The translations under genes and the position numbers were made by a program. DNA of 64,000 nt from Styela clava (taxonomy: Eukaryota): NCBI RefSeq assembly GCF_964204865.1, contig NC_135254.1, positions 14,198,001 to 14,262,000 on the forward strand. The letters are read 5' to 3'. This document shows, in pieces, positions 13,201 through 28,200 of the stretch. The notes below the pieces were generated by a model. The model was not told the DNA's origin. It did not search any database and saw nothing but the letters and a program-made list of their open reading frames with translations. Each line of letters starts with the position of its first letter. Position 1 is the stretch's first letter.

Positions 13201-16200
13201 ACATACAAATACAGGAAGAAAGAAATCACAGTTCAATTAGATTCAAATTAGGATTTGGCCATAATTTGATTTTGATTTTCCTTAAGCTTTCCGGTTGAAC
13301 TAAGATTATTTTAGTTCTATTACGGATTTGTGTTAGCCAAGTGAATATACCTCCTGCCCATAGGTTCAGATCCTTAATATAAAGTAGGCGAACAAAATTA
13401 GTTACCTCCATACTGGTACATACACTTCTGGAGCTCCAGAAATACATTACAGTCAAAGAATTAAACAAATCCCAAACAATTTACTTGAACTTAATGTAGT
13501 CATCGCATATGGTACCTGTGAAGGCCCGACCTCATGGACCGCAAAGAACTGCTCCAAGAGGGCCATGGATCCATGACTTAAATCTAGAGTGGCAGGATAG
13601 AGTGTTCAAAAAACGTTTACTCACGGTTTTCAATAACTGCATTATGAACTGGATGATGTTCGTAATTATTTGTTAAAACAGTAGATTCAGGAGATGTTCG
13701 ACCACTTTTCGTTACTCTGTGTGATCTGGCCGTGTGCTAAAAAGGTAAAGCATAAATATAATGAGTGAATGGAAGTAAGAGGGGCTAATACTGAAATTTT
13801 TTTTCAGACAGAGCTTACGATCTGGACAAGGCTTTATACAAGCAGCCATTGACATCTAGGGATATGTATTTTTGGAAGTACAGAAATCTTCCCAATTCAA
13901 GATTGCTCGCCGAATTCATTACACTCAACCTGAAGCGTCTAACCTGGAAATCCCATACAGTTACGGTAAGTCTAATGCTTTAAAGCAGGGGTGTGCATCA
14001 GGAGGCCCAGAACCTAGCCAACGAAGAAATTTAGTGTGGCCCTCGTCAACACTCAGATATTTCCCCATCAAGCATAAAATTCTAATCTGACAGTTTATGT
14101 TCAAATAGGCGCTACCATTGGTAAAAATACATGATACATTTTAGTGTGACTCGGCTAGATGTTAGAAGTTGGGTATATTTCCCACCGACAAAAAATCTTG
14201 CACAGCCATGCTGCAAGGCCAGCGCACCCACGAATCGAAAAGCCCAAAAAAAATTCTCACTGAAGCAGATTCGGATTTGGCAGAAGATGGCGGATGTTTT
14301 TTTCCGCTGCCTCCTGCTTTGATAGCGCTAGATTGTTGAACAAATTGAGCTTCTTCGTCTTGTAACTTTCTCTTCTTATATTCATCGAGTCGATGTTGAC
14401 GTTTGAGTTTTTCTTCTTCTTTCTTAGCTAATAGTTCTTCTTGCTTTTTCCTAAAAATATTGTAAGTGAATGAGATGATACATATCTGAAATGAAACTGG
14501 AGTTCACAGTACTTCGTGTAGAGCAGACTTTCTCAAACTGGAACTTTCAATCAAATAAAATAAAACAAATAAATGAATGTTTATGCAATTACAACTCTAA
14601 ACAAGGCTCTAGACAAGGTACTGCTGACCTAAAAGCCAAACTTATCAAACTGTAATAATAAGGGATGAACATATATGGGCCCAATCGTCATTTGAATGGC
14701 ATTTTTCAACACAAACACGCACAAGACTAAAAATTGAGATCACTTTAACATAATATGGGAGGAATATGTTAAACAAGCATTCCATTGTCCATTTAAATTC
14801 TAAAGTTTTTTACAAAAATTTCAGTTAGGTGTAATTCCCATATATTCACATCGCCCAATAGCTGATTTTTTGATTGTATCGACATGAACTGCTTAAGGTC
14901 TGGCATCAATTGGTATTTACTAACATTAATGCACAATTCTACACTAAACTTGTCTAGGGTCGCCAGTGTTCCCTCTTAAGAAAATATTACACTGTGCAAT
15001 TGTTTGTTTTAGTGAGCATGAATATTTTCAGGGGTCAGAAAGTATTGCGATCCACGAAATCGATACAGGTGCACGAGAATGAGATTTTACTGCGCAAATT
15101 GTCTGGTGGTACTGCGCAATGGCGCACCTTAGAAGGAACCTTGGTGATCACCCATACCCACTTCAATCAGAGATCAGTTTCCTTTGTTTCTAAGCCAGTG
15201 AGCATTACTTTGCTTTTTGTAAATTTCTTTCACAAAAACGAAATTACCTTGCTTCTTCCTTTCTTTTTTCAGCCTGGTTTTCACGATCCGCTTTCTTTCG
15301 CTTCAACTCTTCTTCTTTCTTTAATTGTTTTAATAAAAATTGTTCCTTTTTCTTAGCAACATCAGTATTAGGAGCTGCATCATCAACAATTTCAAATCCT
15401 TTTCCTAAAAAGGGCCCAAGTGAATGCTGAATAACTTGTAACACAAATAATAATTACAGAACTAATAAATTGTATCCTATGTAGTTTTACTGATATTTTT
15501 TAATCATATTGTATTATTATTGTTATACACAATGAAGGAAACATTATAAAACTATTCAATCTATGCAAAAGCCAGAGTGTGTGTTGCGAGTAACATGAGG
15601 TAAGAACACATAACGGAAACAGTATTTCCATGGATAGCGAGAGAGGAATAAAGATTTAAAAAGGGAGGAATAGTGAAAAATGTTAGGAACCGCTGAATCA
15701 AACTAATAGCAATATTTGTTTAGAATGACTTACCGCCTTTCTTATCCACATCCGCTGTTTTCATTAATACACTCGACATATCAGTTTCGTCTTCTGCTGT
15801 AGACATAATTACAAAATCAAAAACCACGAACGAAAATCAAAAACCAGCAAAAAATGAAGGTATGCTCAAGCAGATATTACAATCATAAATAGATTTACTA
15901 GCCAACAATCCAACTAATACTAATACAATGCTACGCCGATACAAGAGACACCCATGATGAAATGAACGCTGATGCTTCCCTAGGGAAATGATGACTGCAG
16001 AAAGGTATGTCAAGACAAAACAAAGCTAGATCACGATGCCCGTTGCAACAAGTAGTAAATAAGAGGGCGTGTCGTTAGGAGTAGGTAATTACCATTGATA
16101 TTGGGTCCAAGATTGCGATTGGTCAACTTGCAACTGTGACTTGAATATTTTGGAATACCCTTCAAAATTCGTTTTAATTCTCTCGATATTGTTCAATCAT

Positions 16201-19200
16201 GTGGTTGAATAAAAATTGCTATATCATTCAAGTACATCTATAGGAGAATTAGGCTCTGAACAAATATCTCAATCTAACAAGTTGAATATTGAATTCCTTT
16301 GTATGTGAATTCCAAATGGGTGTCTAGAGATTGGAGAATTAGATTTAACTACGGTATGTTGGCATCATAGGTCAAATATCTCAAGTTCAAACCCATTGGC
16401 CAGAAACCTAACTCAAGGTATAATAAATAGGATATGCTTATACAATGCACATAGAAAAAAAACGATGATTAACCTAGTTATTTATTTGAAGTGAACTTAG
16501 ATCAGGAAATACAAACCTACCGCATGTTTCTTGTCCTGAAGGTGATCCCTGTAGCGGACTCATTTTCTGTGGAGTTGAATGATTGGATCCAGAGGCAATT
16601 TTGCATGAGAAAGTATCATAAGTAGTTTCATCAGCAGGACCTGAAACAAACATAATATATTCATATTTTATAGGAGTCAGAGTCATATTTGTCTTAATCT
16701 TGAGTCAGGAGTCAGAGTCAAACTTTTCTCAACCCTGAGTCAGTTGTCAGAGTCATATTTTTCTTAACCCTGAGTCAGGAGTCAGAGGTATATTTTTCTT
16801 AACCCTGAGTCAGGAGTCAGAGTCAAATTTTTCTTAACCCTGAGTCAGTTGTCAGAGTCATATTTTTCTTAACCCCGATTCAGGAGTCAGAGTCATATTT
16901 TTTTTTCTTAACCCTGAGTCAGGAGTCAGAGTCATATTTTTCTCAACCCTGAGTCAGGAGTCAGAGTCATATTTTTCTTAACCCTGAGTCAGAAGTCATA
17001 TTTTTTTTAACCCTGAGTCAGGCGTCAGAGTCATATTTTTTTTAACCCTGAGTCAGGCAGCGGAGTCAAATTTTTCTTAACCCTGAGTCCGTGGCTGAGA
17101 GTCGGATTTTTTTTCCAAACCCTGAGTCCGGAACTGAGAGTCAAATTTTTCTTAAGCCCGAGTCCGGAGTTGGAAGTCAAAATTTTTTTTAACTCTGAGT
17201 CAGGAGTCGGAGTCAAATTTTTCATAATCTTGAGTCAAGAATCGGGAGTCGAATTTTTCATAATCTTGAGTCAGGAGTTGGATTCAAATTTCTCTTAACC
17301 CTGAGCCAGAAGTCAAATTTTTCTTAACCCTGAGCGAGGAGTCAAACTTTTCTTAACCCTGAGCGAGGAGTCAAACTTTTCTTAACCCTGAGTCAAGGGT
17401 CAGATTCAAATTTTTCTTAACCCCGAGTCAGGAGTCTAATTCAAATTTTTCTCAACCCTGAGTCAGAAGTCGGATTCAAATTTTTCTTAACCCTGAGTCA
17501 GGAGTCTAATTCAAATTTTTTTCAACCCTGAGTCAGAAGTCGGATTTAAATTTTTCTCAATTCTGAGTCAGAAGCCTGGAGTCAAATTTTTTCAAGCCCT
17601 GGGTCAGCAGGTCAAAGTAAAATTTTTTTTAACCTTGAGTCGGGAGTCAAAGTCAAAAGTTTTGTCAACCCAAAGTCAGGAGTCGATTGCAATTTCGCCT
17701 AAACCTACCTGTCGCTAAATAATTTGGATCAATATTTTCCTGCTCAGCGAAAGTATCTGGATCCTGATTTCCTCCTGGGAATAAGCTTCTTCTCGTAGTA
17801 TGTTCAGGAGAAGACTGATGAATGTTTATTTCAGGAGCTTGGATTCTTAAAACACCTGGATGAACTGCTTCACTTGGTTGCATTGGTACCTGAGGAAAAT
17901 TAAATTATTGACGGAAAATTTGTACTGAGTAAGGATTACTCTTTTATTAGGGGGTTTGGCACAATCGTTCTGAACAAATCTGCAACCATCTCTTATACCA
18001 GTGTTTCTCTTTTATGGTAGAACATGGCCCCCTTTCCAAAGCCTCTCACACTTGTGGTCCCCGCTTACCAATAAAAATATATAGCATTGCTTTTCCAGTC
18101 AAAGAATTAACAGATCACAGTCATAGCGAATGGTACATAGTGAAGGCTTCTGGCTTTCTTCCATTGTAACTTCAGAAAAACTTCAGAAAAAAGTACAACT
18201 GACTATATTTAACGTTAGCTATTTCTAAACTCAATCTAACCTTGCACTCAGATAACATGACCATGAAATTTAAAATAAAGCATATTGTCACTTTTTTCTC
18301 TTTCGAGATGTATATGAAAAATCTTGTTCAAATATATCGCCTTAATGATAAACCCCTCGAATGACCTATTGCGAAAATTATATAAAATCAAGATTACCGA
18401 TTAAGAACTTACCCTTTGAGTGGCTTTTGTTGGCTGAGCATTATTCAATGTATCTGATACATCATATGTCATATGACGCTGGTCTAAATTTTGTGCAGAA
18501 GTTTGATGAGAATTCTGTAATGGCTGAGCATAATTACTATTAGAAACATTGTATGTATTGTGTCTCATATCTTGCCGGGTGGGAACAAATTCATTTCGGA
18601 ATTGATGATTTTCATCGGGAATATTTTCTGGTAGGATTTTATCTACTTGACCGTCGCTGACTTTGTATGTTCTTTGTCGGATATCCTGGCTTGAAAACTG
18701 AGCAGTTGAACTGTCGTCAAAAACCTCGTAAGTCATCTGCCTGTTATCTTGATTATGAGAAGAGATGTGACTCCTACCGTGGTGAACATTTGGATTTACT
18801 GGCTGGAAATGTAAATTGCCTATCTTTTGTACGAATGGATTGTTGGATTCCTGCAAATGGATCTGATTTGGATGATAAAGGGTACCGTTGTTAGTGCTTT
18901 GGTACATTCCTAGCCCTTGCTGTGATGCTGAATGGTCATGTATCATTTGATTAGATCTAATTCTTTGCTTGTCATGATTTAGTGAAGTCATCATCGTTCT
19001 TTCAAATGAATCGAAAACAGGCTTTGGCCCTGGTTGAAGAATATTTCGATGATCGGGTTGTTCTGAAATTGGCATTCCTGGTTGCGAGACATTATATGTT
19101 TTGTTAGAATGTGGAGGCAATGTTGAATGTTGGATTCTACTTCTATCCGGGCTTACATCAAATGTCTGTTTTTGGTCTGATAGACGAGAATTCACAGCGG

Positions 19201-22200
19201 AATGTGATGGTGCAATATTCTGTAAAAAAAATTGTGCATTAAGTTTAATTAATTGAAATAAAAAGTTCGACTCACTTCTGCAAAGAAGAATTTTTCATTA
19301 TTTTATAGTTCAAAAACTTAAAAACTACACGGAGAAAGGTCTCTTTATATTCTATTCGGTACTCATTTAAATTTCCGACAAGTATAAAAATAATATTAGA
19401 TTATTAAGAACGCTTGGAGAAGGGACCACTTTTTGAGATTTTTGGAAAATTCTTTGGACTTAACTGTGACGCCGACCTCACAACTCTGAATGTGACAGAC
19501 CGGTGAGGTCATAAACCACTGTATTTTGAACACACGTACAATATAACCCCGATGGCATATTGGTTACGGGTACAAATTCCACAGATCACAGATTACAAAT
19601 CTCTGGTTCAAATTCTACAACCACCCCCTCACCCAGAGTAAAATAAGTTATGTGGGCAATACCAAACCAAAATGATTTTGATCCTTCCAAATAATAGTAT
19701 CTTATTAATGTTAGATACCAGTTTTGCTTGTATCATGCCTTGTTAAGAGCAAAATGCATGGATAAACATCATATAAAAAATACATACCTGATAAGTTTGG
19801 TCCATTGCAATATTGCTCTTGCTTTGTTCATTTCTTTGAGCTAAGCAAGTTGTTGTGGACAGAGGTGAGGCAAAAAAATTATTGTATGTTTCAGAATGAG
19901 GACCTGAAAAATATTTGAAAAACGATTGTTATACCAATTAAAGGTCTAAAAACAGATCGGCACCAAATTTATATGGCTTCAACCAGAAATCTTTAATCTG
20001 CGGCGCAAACGTATAACTCTAAACACCAAGATATTTTGCCCACTATATTGCGTTGATCAGTGGTTCAAACTTTCATGATCTCATCCTCCTTTCAAAGACT
20101 GTCAACACTTGTGACCTGTTTATGGAAAAAGCCAACAGGCGATAGTAAAAGAATGCAGTGAAGGCAATTACTCGTGGCCCACAGGGAACCATTCCGTGGT
20201 CCCTGTGGCGCACTGACAGCCCAGTTTATTCGTTTACGGGCCATTCGTTCACTTATTAAATACTGAATATTTTTTAAATACAAAGCAGCAAATATATCAT
20301 TAAATGAGGTAATTTCAGTTCACTCAGGGACATTAATCGTTAAATAAAGTTTTATAAATTTACTGTGGGGGCTTCGTAAATAATAGTCAACCCATGATCT
20401 ATTGCATACTGTGATGCATCTATTGCATCACAATTTAACAAGTAAGATATCGGTAAAGCAGAAATGAATAAATCATACTTTCAGGCGGATTTTGTTCGAC
20501 GAATTGTCGTAGGATTTTATTTTCACATTCAATTTGTTCGGAAATATTGTTGTTGTTAATACTTGATGGACTTGGACTTTTTGATGAATAATCTGAACTT
20601 GTCTCTTCATTTTTAGTTGGCGATCTGATCACATGATGTGGAACAGTCGCTGGTTTTTGTTGTTGAACTGTAAGTAAAAAATTTGTTATGGAAACTTTTT
20701 TCCATCAGCTTGCATACTTTTTTATTTATCTCGCCATAACTCATGTTAATTTAGTGCATTAGTTCTAAAAAATTTCGTGGATCGCTATTCTAACACACTA
20801 AGTTGAATATATTTTGCAAAGAACAAAACAAAGCCAAACAAAACAAGCCAAACAAAACAAAGCCAAAATCATTACCTTGTTTTTGTTGTTGTTCATTTTG
20901 TTCATCGTGAAAATCAAGTTTTTCCATTTCTTTGTGAAGCTGAAAATAAGGGATATATTTCCTTAAATTTTAGTATTTTCCAAATATTGATAAAAAAAAA
21001 TTTTATACAACGTATTTATACAATTTTTGCTCTGAAAAAGGCATCAATTCTCAACATTGGACAAAAAAAATATTTCACAGAAGAAAACGTGAAACTTTTA
21101 GAAGTACTATATTGCATTATCTGAATTCAATTTCAACTAAATTCGTCTTTATTTATCTTACTTACTTTTGAAAGTTCTTTCGACCACTCCCTTTGTTTCA
21201 TTTTCTTTTCCTCCTCGACCACTTTCTTTCTCTCTTCTATTCTCCTTCTCTCAGTTTCTATGTATTTTCTACGTTCCTCTATTTTCTTGAAAACGACGGA
21301 CAATTTACCAGAATTGGGAATGTTGCTATGGCGACGACTGTCATCAGAATTGTGAACCTGACAGAAAAAGAAAAACAAAAAGTTATTCCTAGTCATGAAT
21401 TGAGTAAGCTAGACCAAAGAAATATCATGATTTTTAATGTCAATGTTGTAAAGTAAAGTGAATCAGCATTTTTCAGCGTCAATAGTAGGGGACCATCATG
21501 TGCTTGCATTGACTCGGCGTTTATAAAAGCCCTATACAGTAGAACCTCCACTAACGAAAGACGTAGAGTACAAAATTTCCAAGTGATGAAAGATCTTTTT
21601 GTGGAAATCTTGCTTCGAATTTTGTGAGCAAAATAAGGCATTTAGAGGGTGAAATGCATCCTAATTTTCCTGCTAGCGAAAAAGCTTTCGAGACAAATTA
21701 ATTTCACGAGGAGATTTTTTTACTGTTCTTAACTGTGTTGGCATCGTAGCTTACACACAGCATGGTTTCAAATACCATGCCAAGTGTGTTCTAAACTGGG
21801 TAGTCGAATCAGGAAGACCCCAGTCTTTGCAAAAGTAGTAGCTCCTAACATACTGTTAGATATTAATGGCTGCTTGTGCAGGAAAGGGCTGAATGCGAGC
21901 GATGTTATAATTAAAGTATGAGGTGTTGACTCGAGCGATATCCAATTATTGCATAAAGCGATTATATAACAAAAAAGTAAAATTGCTGCGCAATATGAAC
22001 TTTCAAAGAAACAGCAAGCGATGGCTAAAATCTTACTTTCAATGCTTTGCCATTATCTACCCAACTTGTTGCTTTCATGTTTCTTAATGAACGATTATTT
22101 GATCTACGTTGTGGATTTCGCAATCTGACAACAGAATCACCAATAACTACATGATCACCAGAACCTGAAAAACAAAATAGGATAGGTTCATGGGTATTCC

Positions 22201-25200
22201 TAATCGCTGTGCAGTCCGAGTTAGACTTTAGCATGTTTTCTGCAGTTGGTCGAATTCTAATACTGCACAGAATCTGTGTCAAAGTTCTATTTCCCCAGAG
22301 TCAGAGTCTGGATTTCAGACTTTCAAATAGCAATAAAAGTCTAATTTTTAAAAAAAATTGAAAATCTATGAATTTACAAAGCGTTCTTAACGGTTTTCCC
22401 AACAGAAATTTATCATTTACACAGACTTTCATATCCAGTAAAAAACTTGGCTAACACCGTGACTTAAGAAAAATTCTAACTACGACTAAAAGATATTCAA
22501 CTCAGATTCCAGTTCCAAACTTTATGAAAATCTAATTTTGACAACAACATCATTCTGACAACTTTAGCTTCAACTCCCAACTCAAGGGAATTTGAAAGTG
22601 CGACTCCGACTTGAACGCACTTTCGAATAAAATCATCACTTCAATTCAAAATGGTCTATTTAATCCTTACAAAGTGTGGGTGCTGGAATGGAATAACTAA
22701 TGAATTCACAACATCTCAAGCCTGCAATACTAACATGGTTTGGTGAGTCACATTATGCCAACAAATCAACCGAAAAAAAAAAAAAATTTTACCATTTGTT
22801 GCATAACTTGGTTTAGACGTTGAACCAGAACTTCTAAGTTGTGATGAACGATCCTCGAACTCAAGCTTAGTTCTTTCTGGTGATGTTTCAATCACAGGAT
22901 ATCCTGTACACAAAGCATGCTACTGATTACACTATATACAACAAATATTCACGCCAATTCATCATGTAGGCATCACAGGTCAAATTATGGTAAACATGTA
23001 CCGTCCAAGTTAAACAAGATATGTGGGCTTAGGATGATTTAAAAAAAAATTATCTTCAATAAAATTTAATGTTAATGATATTTCAAAAATTTATTTCAAG
23101 AATAAAAAAATTTTTCCCCGGGCATCAGTAAACTTGTCAGAATGTCACAAATGCTTTAAAAAAAATTACCGGCTGCCCTGGCAGAATCAACAGATTCAAA
23201 ATCTCCATTTTGTATAGTGTAGCTCTTCTGGAAAGATGGAGTAAAATTTGAGCTTGTACCAGTGCTGGGGTTTCGATATGGTTTAACACGAGTCACATTT
23301 CTTGGTAATTCTGGTGATTCATCAGTATTGACTATGACAGGATAATCTCTCTCATCAGAATTAGTAAAGGTATTCACGCTAGAGTTACAGTCTTGACTTG
23401 TGGCCTGAAAAAAAATTGTGTGACTGTGATAAGACGTGTCTGAATAGAGTAGATATTTACACTTAAAATATTGATGAAGCTTAATTGTTCGTTTCATATC
23501 ACACGAACTTGTATTTCTAGATAGATCTTAGTCCAAGTAAGGATGGGATAGAATTTTCATATTAATCCTTGGGAAAGTAAAGCTGATAAGACAAGTTAAT
23601 CATCTGCCTTTCATCTAGTTACAGTATAGGAATAGTTAACAAGTTATTCGTTCCAGATACACAGACTTGATGGTAGAATATCTGAGTTTACTGGGGGTTG
23701 TTCAGCAATTCTCTCGTATATAAGTATCGCCCATGAGATTTGAATCTACAAACCCATGTTGGTAATCTGAGACATGATGGACAGTACATTGCTGATGCAC
23801 GTAACTGTACACATACTTAACAAAACTATTTTGAACCATTTCTAAAATTTAAATTATTTTATTAAAGCTCTCTACTAAAGCTTCACATTCCTTTATAGTC
23901 CCAATCTTAAAAAGCAACTTAAGTAAAAATATTCACATTAGAAGTTGTCCTCGATGACACGGATGTGAAATCCGAATTTGAACTGCTACTACTGTCAGTA
24001 ACATTTCTAAGTAGAGTTGATCTTGTGCTCTGAGAATCTGGAGTACGTGCCTGGAATATGATAAACTCAATTATAGCTGATCCAAAGACATGTAGGTAAA
24101 TCTGTTTTTTTTTTCATTCAGAGGATCATGAATTAAACCTCTTCATTCCTTGATCGGGTGTCCCACCTCATACTACTTGGCAAAAATAACATAGTCCATC
24201 TTAGAAATACATAGCAAACAGTTCTGGTTGTATGAGACTATCCAGTATCCAGTAATAGTTGAATATGCATGATTATGGAAGTCCAACATCAGCCAGACCA
24301 AATCTTACAGAAGTGCATTTACGCCGTTGCGAGACTCCCTCAATCCATTTTTGGCTACTTAAACAATTTTTTAGGTTTAAAAAAATGTATTTCAGGATCA
24401 TTTTAATGCAATCTGAAAGTTAAAAATTGGCCTAAATTTTGATTGAAACCAGTACTGAAGAATCTTAATAGTTGGGGCTCAAAGTAAAAAAAATGAAGAT
24501 ATTGTGATTTCAAACCATCTCCTCAACCTCATTTTAAACAATACAATTTACTCACTGTTTCTAATATCATATCATTCTCATTCTTGTGTCTAATATGAGG
24601 AGAATCGAATACTGTAGTTGACAACGATCCAGTTGGTAATCTTGATCTTGCAGAAAAAGTATGAACTTGTGCTAGTTTCCGATCACGTCTTTTAAACTGT
24701 AAAAATGTGAAAATTTGTGTAATAAATTGAGTAGGCAATGCTTAAAGTAAAAACTTCGGTTTTTCAAATAATAGCAAGTCCTCTGAAATCAATGACTACT
24801 CGCAAATGGCCATGCTTCAAACCAATGAAATATAATAGTTACTAATGTGCCTACATGTACGCTTGTGTTTCTCAAATATGAAATACTTTACACCATATAG
24901 CCCCCCCCCCCCCTTTTAGACTTGTAATACTTTGGAAAAGGCTTTTAAAAAAGCATCATTTACCAGTGCCCTTACCACGATGAATTCATTTGTCACTCCA
25001 AAGTGCATTAGTGGAAACCAGGACAGCCAAAGTCGTGTTATTTACTATTCCGGATTTTGAAATAATATTATTTTTGATTACGAAATACTGAATGTATTCT
25101 AAATTGGTTCATGTTCAATAGTGAAATTCGCAGAATACAATGTAAATTCATGAAAATTAAATTCAGTAAAGCAGAATATATAATATATACATATATATCA

Positions 25201-28200
25201 CATCCTGTTTCTGCTTCTAAGATGTATGTAGGCCTTCATACTCATAATAGTTAGGATGAAGATTTAATTGGTTCGCCCAGAATGTAATAAATTGGATAGG
25301 TAAGGAACTGAAAGATTCTGAAACTTCCAATATTAGTACCTTCTTATATATCGAAAGATATCTGTAGCTGTTGTATACGACTTGTTTAGAGCGAAATGTG
25401 TGAAAAAAGCGTCGTAAAAAAATTACTTGAAAATTAAAGACCCAATAAATAAATAATAATATAAATTGCTTTCCAAAGCCTAATCGTAGAAAAATAGAGC
25501 TTCCTACTTTCAAGTTTTCATCATCAATATCCATCGCAACATTTGCTAACAAATCAGTATTTACTGATGCTAGAGAATCTGTGGTCATTGTTCTGCTTGA
25601 AGCATCATTGTGTAAGATGTTTAATCCTTGCTGATTTGTGACATATGCTGATTGAATATAAAAAAAATCAATAGGATAAAAGCTTACCGGTAATACTTGT
25701 ATTATTGATGTTGAAGTGAATAATCTTTCAGTATAGAGAGCGATTTGATGTTAATGTATACACATATGAATTGCCTATGATTATGCAGTTATTACATTTT
25801 TTTAAAGTATAATATCAATATTAAATATAATTCACTCAACAATGGAGACAAGCAAGGGTGGGAAAAATTGTATAATTTACCATTTCAATACATTCTGAAA
25901 TAATAAATTTGGAATACCGAATAAATTCAAATTGTGTTAGGGTTATGATGGCTAAAACCGAATCATCGGCGCTCCAGGAGTATGTGTATCAATATGAAGG
26001 TAACTAATTTTGTTCGCCTACTTTACATCAAGTTGTGTAAAGGGACAGAAGCCTATGAGCAGGGGGCATATTCACTTGGCTAACACAAACAGTCGGCGAA
26101 CTCGTAATGGAACTAAAATAAGGAAAATCGGAATAAAATTATGACCTAACCCTAATCTCATACATATACTACGGGAGTACCAATTATCTACTATTCCAAA
26201 TATATTCTAAAATAATCTTTTTGAATATGAATATCAATGGAACATGTTAATACCTTTGATTACACAGTACAGCCTGAGATCATGTGATAAAAACTCTGGA
26301 AGAATTTGCGTTAATTTTTTGTAAAATGTATATTTATATTACAAAAAAAATCTTGTGAAAAGGGGAAAGCACAGAACGTACTGTTATTTGATGTATTGGT
26401 GTTCCTCAAATCTTGCACAGGAGTTCTGGAATGCCATTTGTTTACTACAACATCCCGAGGATGATCTATAACTCCATTTGATAATCCTTGATGAGAACTT
26501 GACTTTCTTAGAGGATGTAATACAGAACTGAAATAATAAGTTTTTTAATTAAAAATGTATCATATAATCCAAAGCTCTGCAACAGTGGTTTCGAATCTAT
26601 TTTCAAGCAACACAAATTTAAAAAAAATAAATTTGGCGAAATCTCGCGACCCAAGAATATGCTCAAATATTGAAAGGCATGTGGTGCTTTTTTGGTCGCA
26701 AAATTAAATTACGGTACCAATACAAAGCAATAATTTTTACACAACATTTATTTAACCAGAATTACTTCAAGGTTACACTAATGAAAAGGCGCTTGTTAGC
26801 CATCAGTGAGGTTTTAAAATAGTGGCTTAACATAAGCATAGCAAAGTAGATGCTAGAAGTTTCATATACTTCTCCTATATACGATTATTATTAAGCAACA
26901 GTTCAACATTCAATACAAAATAAACAATAAAATCAACTAGAAAACAAAAACAATAACTTTTATGTTTTTGTTGAAAAACAGGCAACTAAAAATGACTTTT
27001 GAGTGTCACACACATTGAAAAACATTGCCCTACAAAAACTGACCAATTGAAAAAATATTCAAGATACAGAATCATTGACTACGATAGAATATATATCTCA
27101 AACAAACCTTGCAGAAGTGTTTTCATCTGACATATAATCATCATTGTGTTCTCTTGATTTAACAGCGGGAAGATGATCTGTTAATGCTCTGGTGTATAAT
27201 TTGGAGGTAGATGATGGTAGGCCATGGTGATGTATGTCACGATTTCTTCTCACGAGAAGAGGTTTAGATGAAAACGGCAAAGAGGATTCATCTGATTCAT
27301 TCAGCGTTAGAGTGCTCTGTTTTATGAACAAACAGATTACAACCGTAAGTCCTCACTCGAAATGAGTCCTTATGTGTGTTTTCATAAAATCTAAGAATCC
27401 ATGGGAAATTGTGAAAAATATGATTTCATGAGTTCAAATGAACAAGTGGAAAGGACTGGCAGTTAGCACTACGACCAAATTATGACTGTTTCTGAATTCC
27501 CCCAACACAGGAATGGTGTACCAGTGACCCACCACTTTGTGACCAGTCATGTGACGTGTCAAATCATGTAGTGTTGGAGACATTGGAGTTACGGTAATTT
27601 AATCTAATACAAGTGAACAACTTCTATAGTTACTGTATGTCAGTATGCAGATACTGGCAATAATGCAGTAATGACATTTAATACAATTGAGCTGTTTATA
27701 ACTTCAACAGGGGTATATTCCAAAGTCCACAAAGCGAAAGGCCTAAAGAAGATTTTCCGAGGTTGGCCATTGTTACTGTTCTAGTTTTTGTACTCCCCAA
27801 AACTTTGCAAATAAAGCTTGAAAAATGTATCGTAATATGTAATGTGTGACCCATTTTGTAAAAAAGATTCGACATCCCTGTCCTAGTATACGAAATTAGG
27901 AAGGCCTGAATAAGAAAGCTTCAAGAACATCCTAAGCCCAAGTGCTCCTTATTCAGTCTCACTTTGAGTGGGAGTATGAACATTTCGGTTCATTCCTCAT
28001 CTCAATGTATGAAAATGTTTGGAGGTTTCAATGTTTCAGATGCTAGATACACAGGATGTTCAACAAGTCTAAAAAAAAATTTAAACTTGCAAAGGGAATT
28101 TTTTGATACCATATATAGTTTGTTGGCCCCTATAGAAGTATTAAATGAAGTCAAAAACTTGAAAAAACAATCATTAAAAATAAACGAAACTAGTAAAAAC

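Noticed and set aside
13516-13583. Extra CAMSAP exon after a 41-nt intron
   Set aside because: Its phase is incompatible with the next exon, and 13625 splices in frame directly to 12848.
16672-17686. CRISPR-like array
   Set aside because: Units are head-to-tail with no unique spacers, there are no cas genes, and it lies in a eukaryotic intron.
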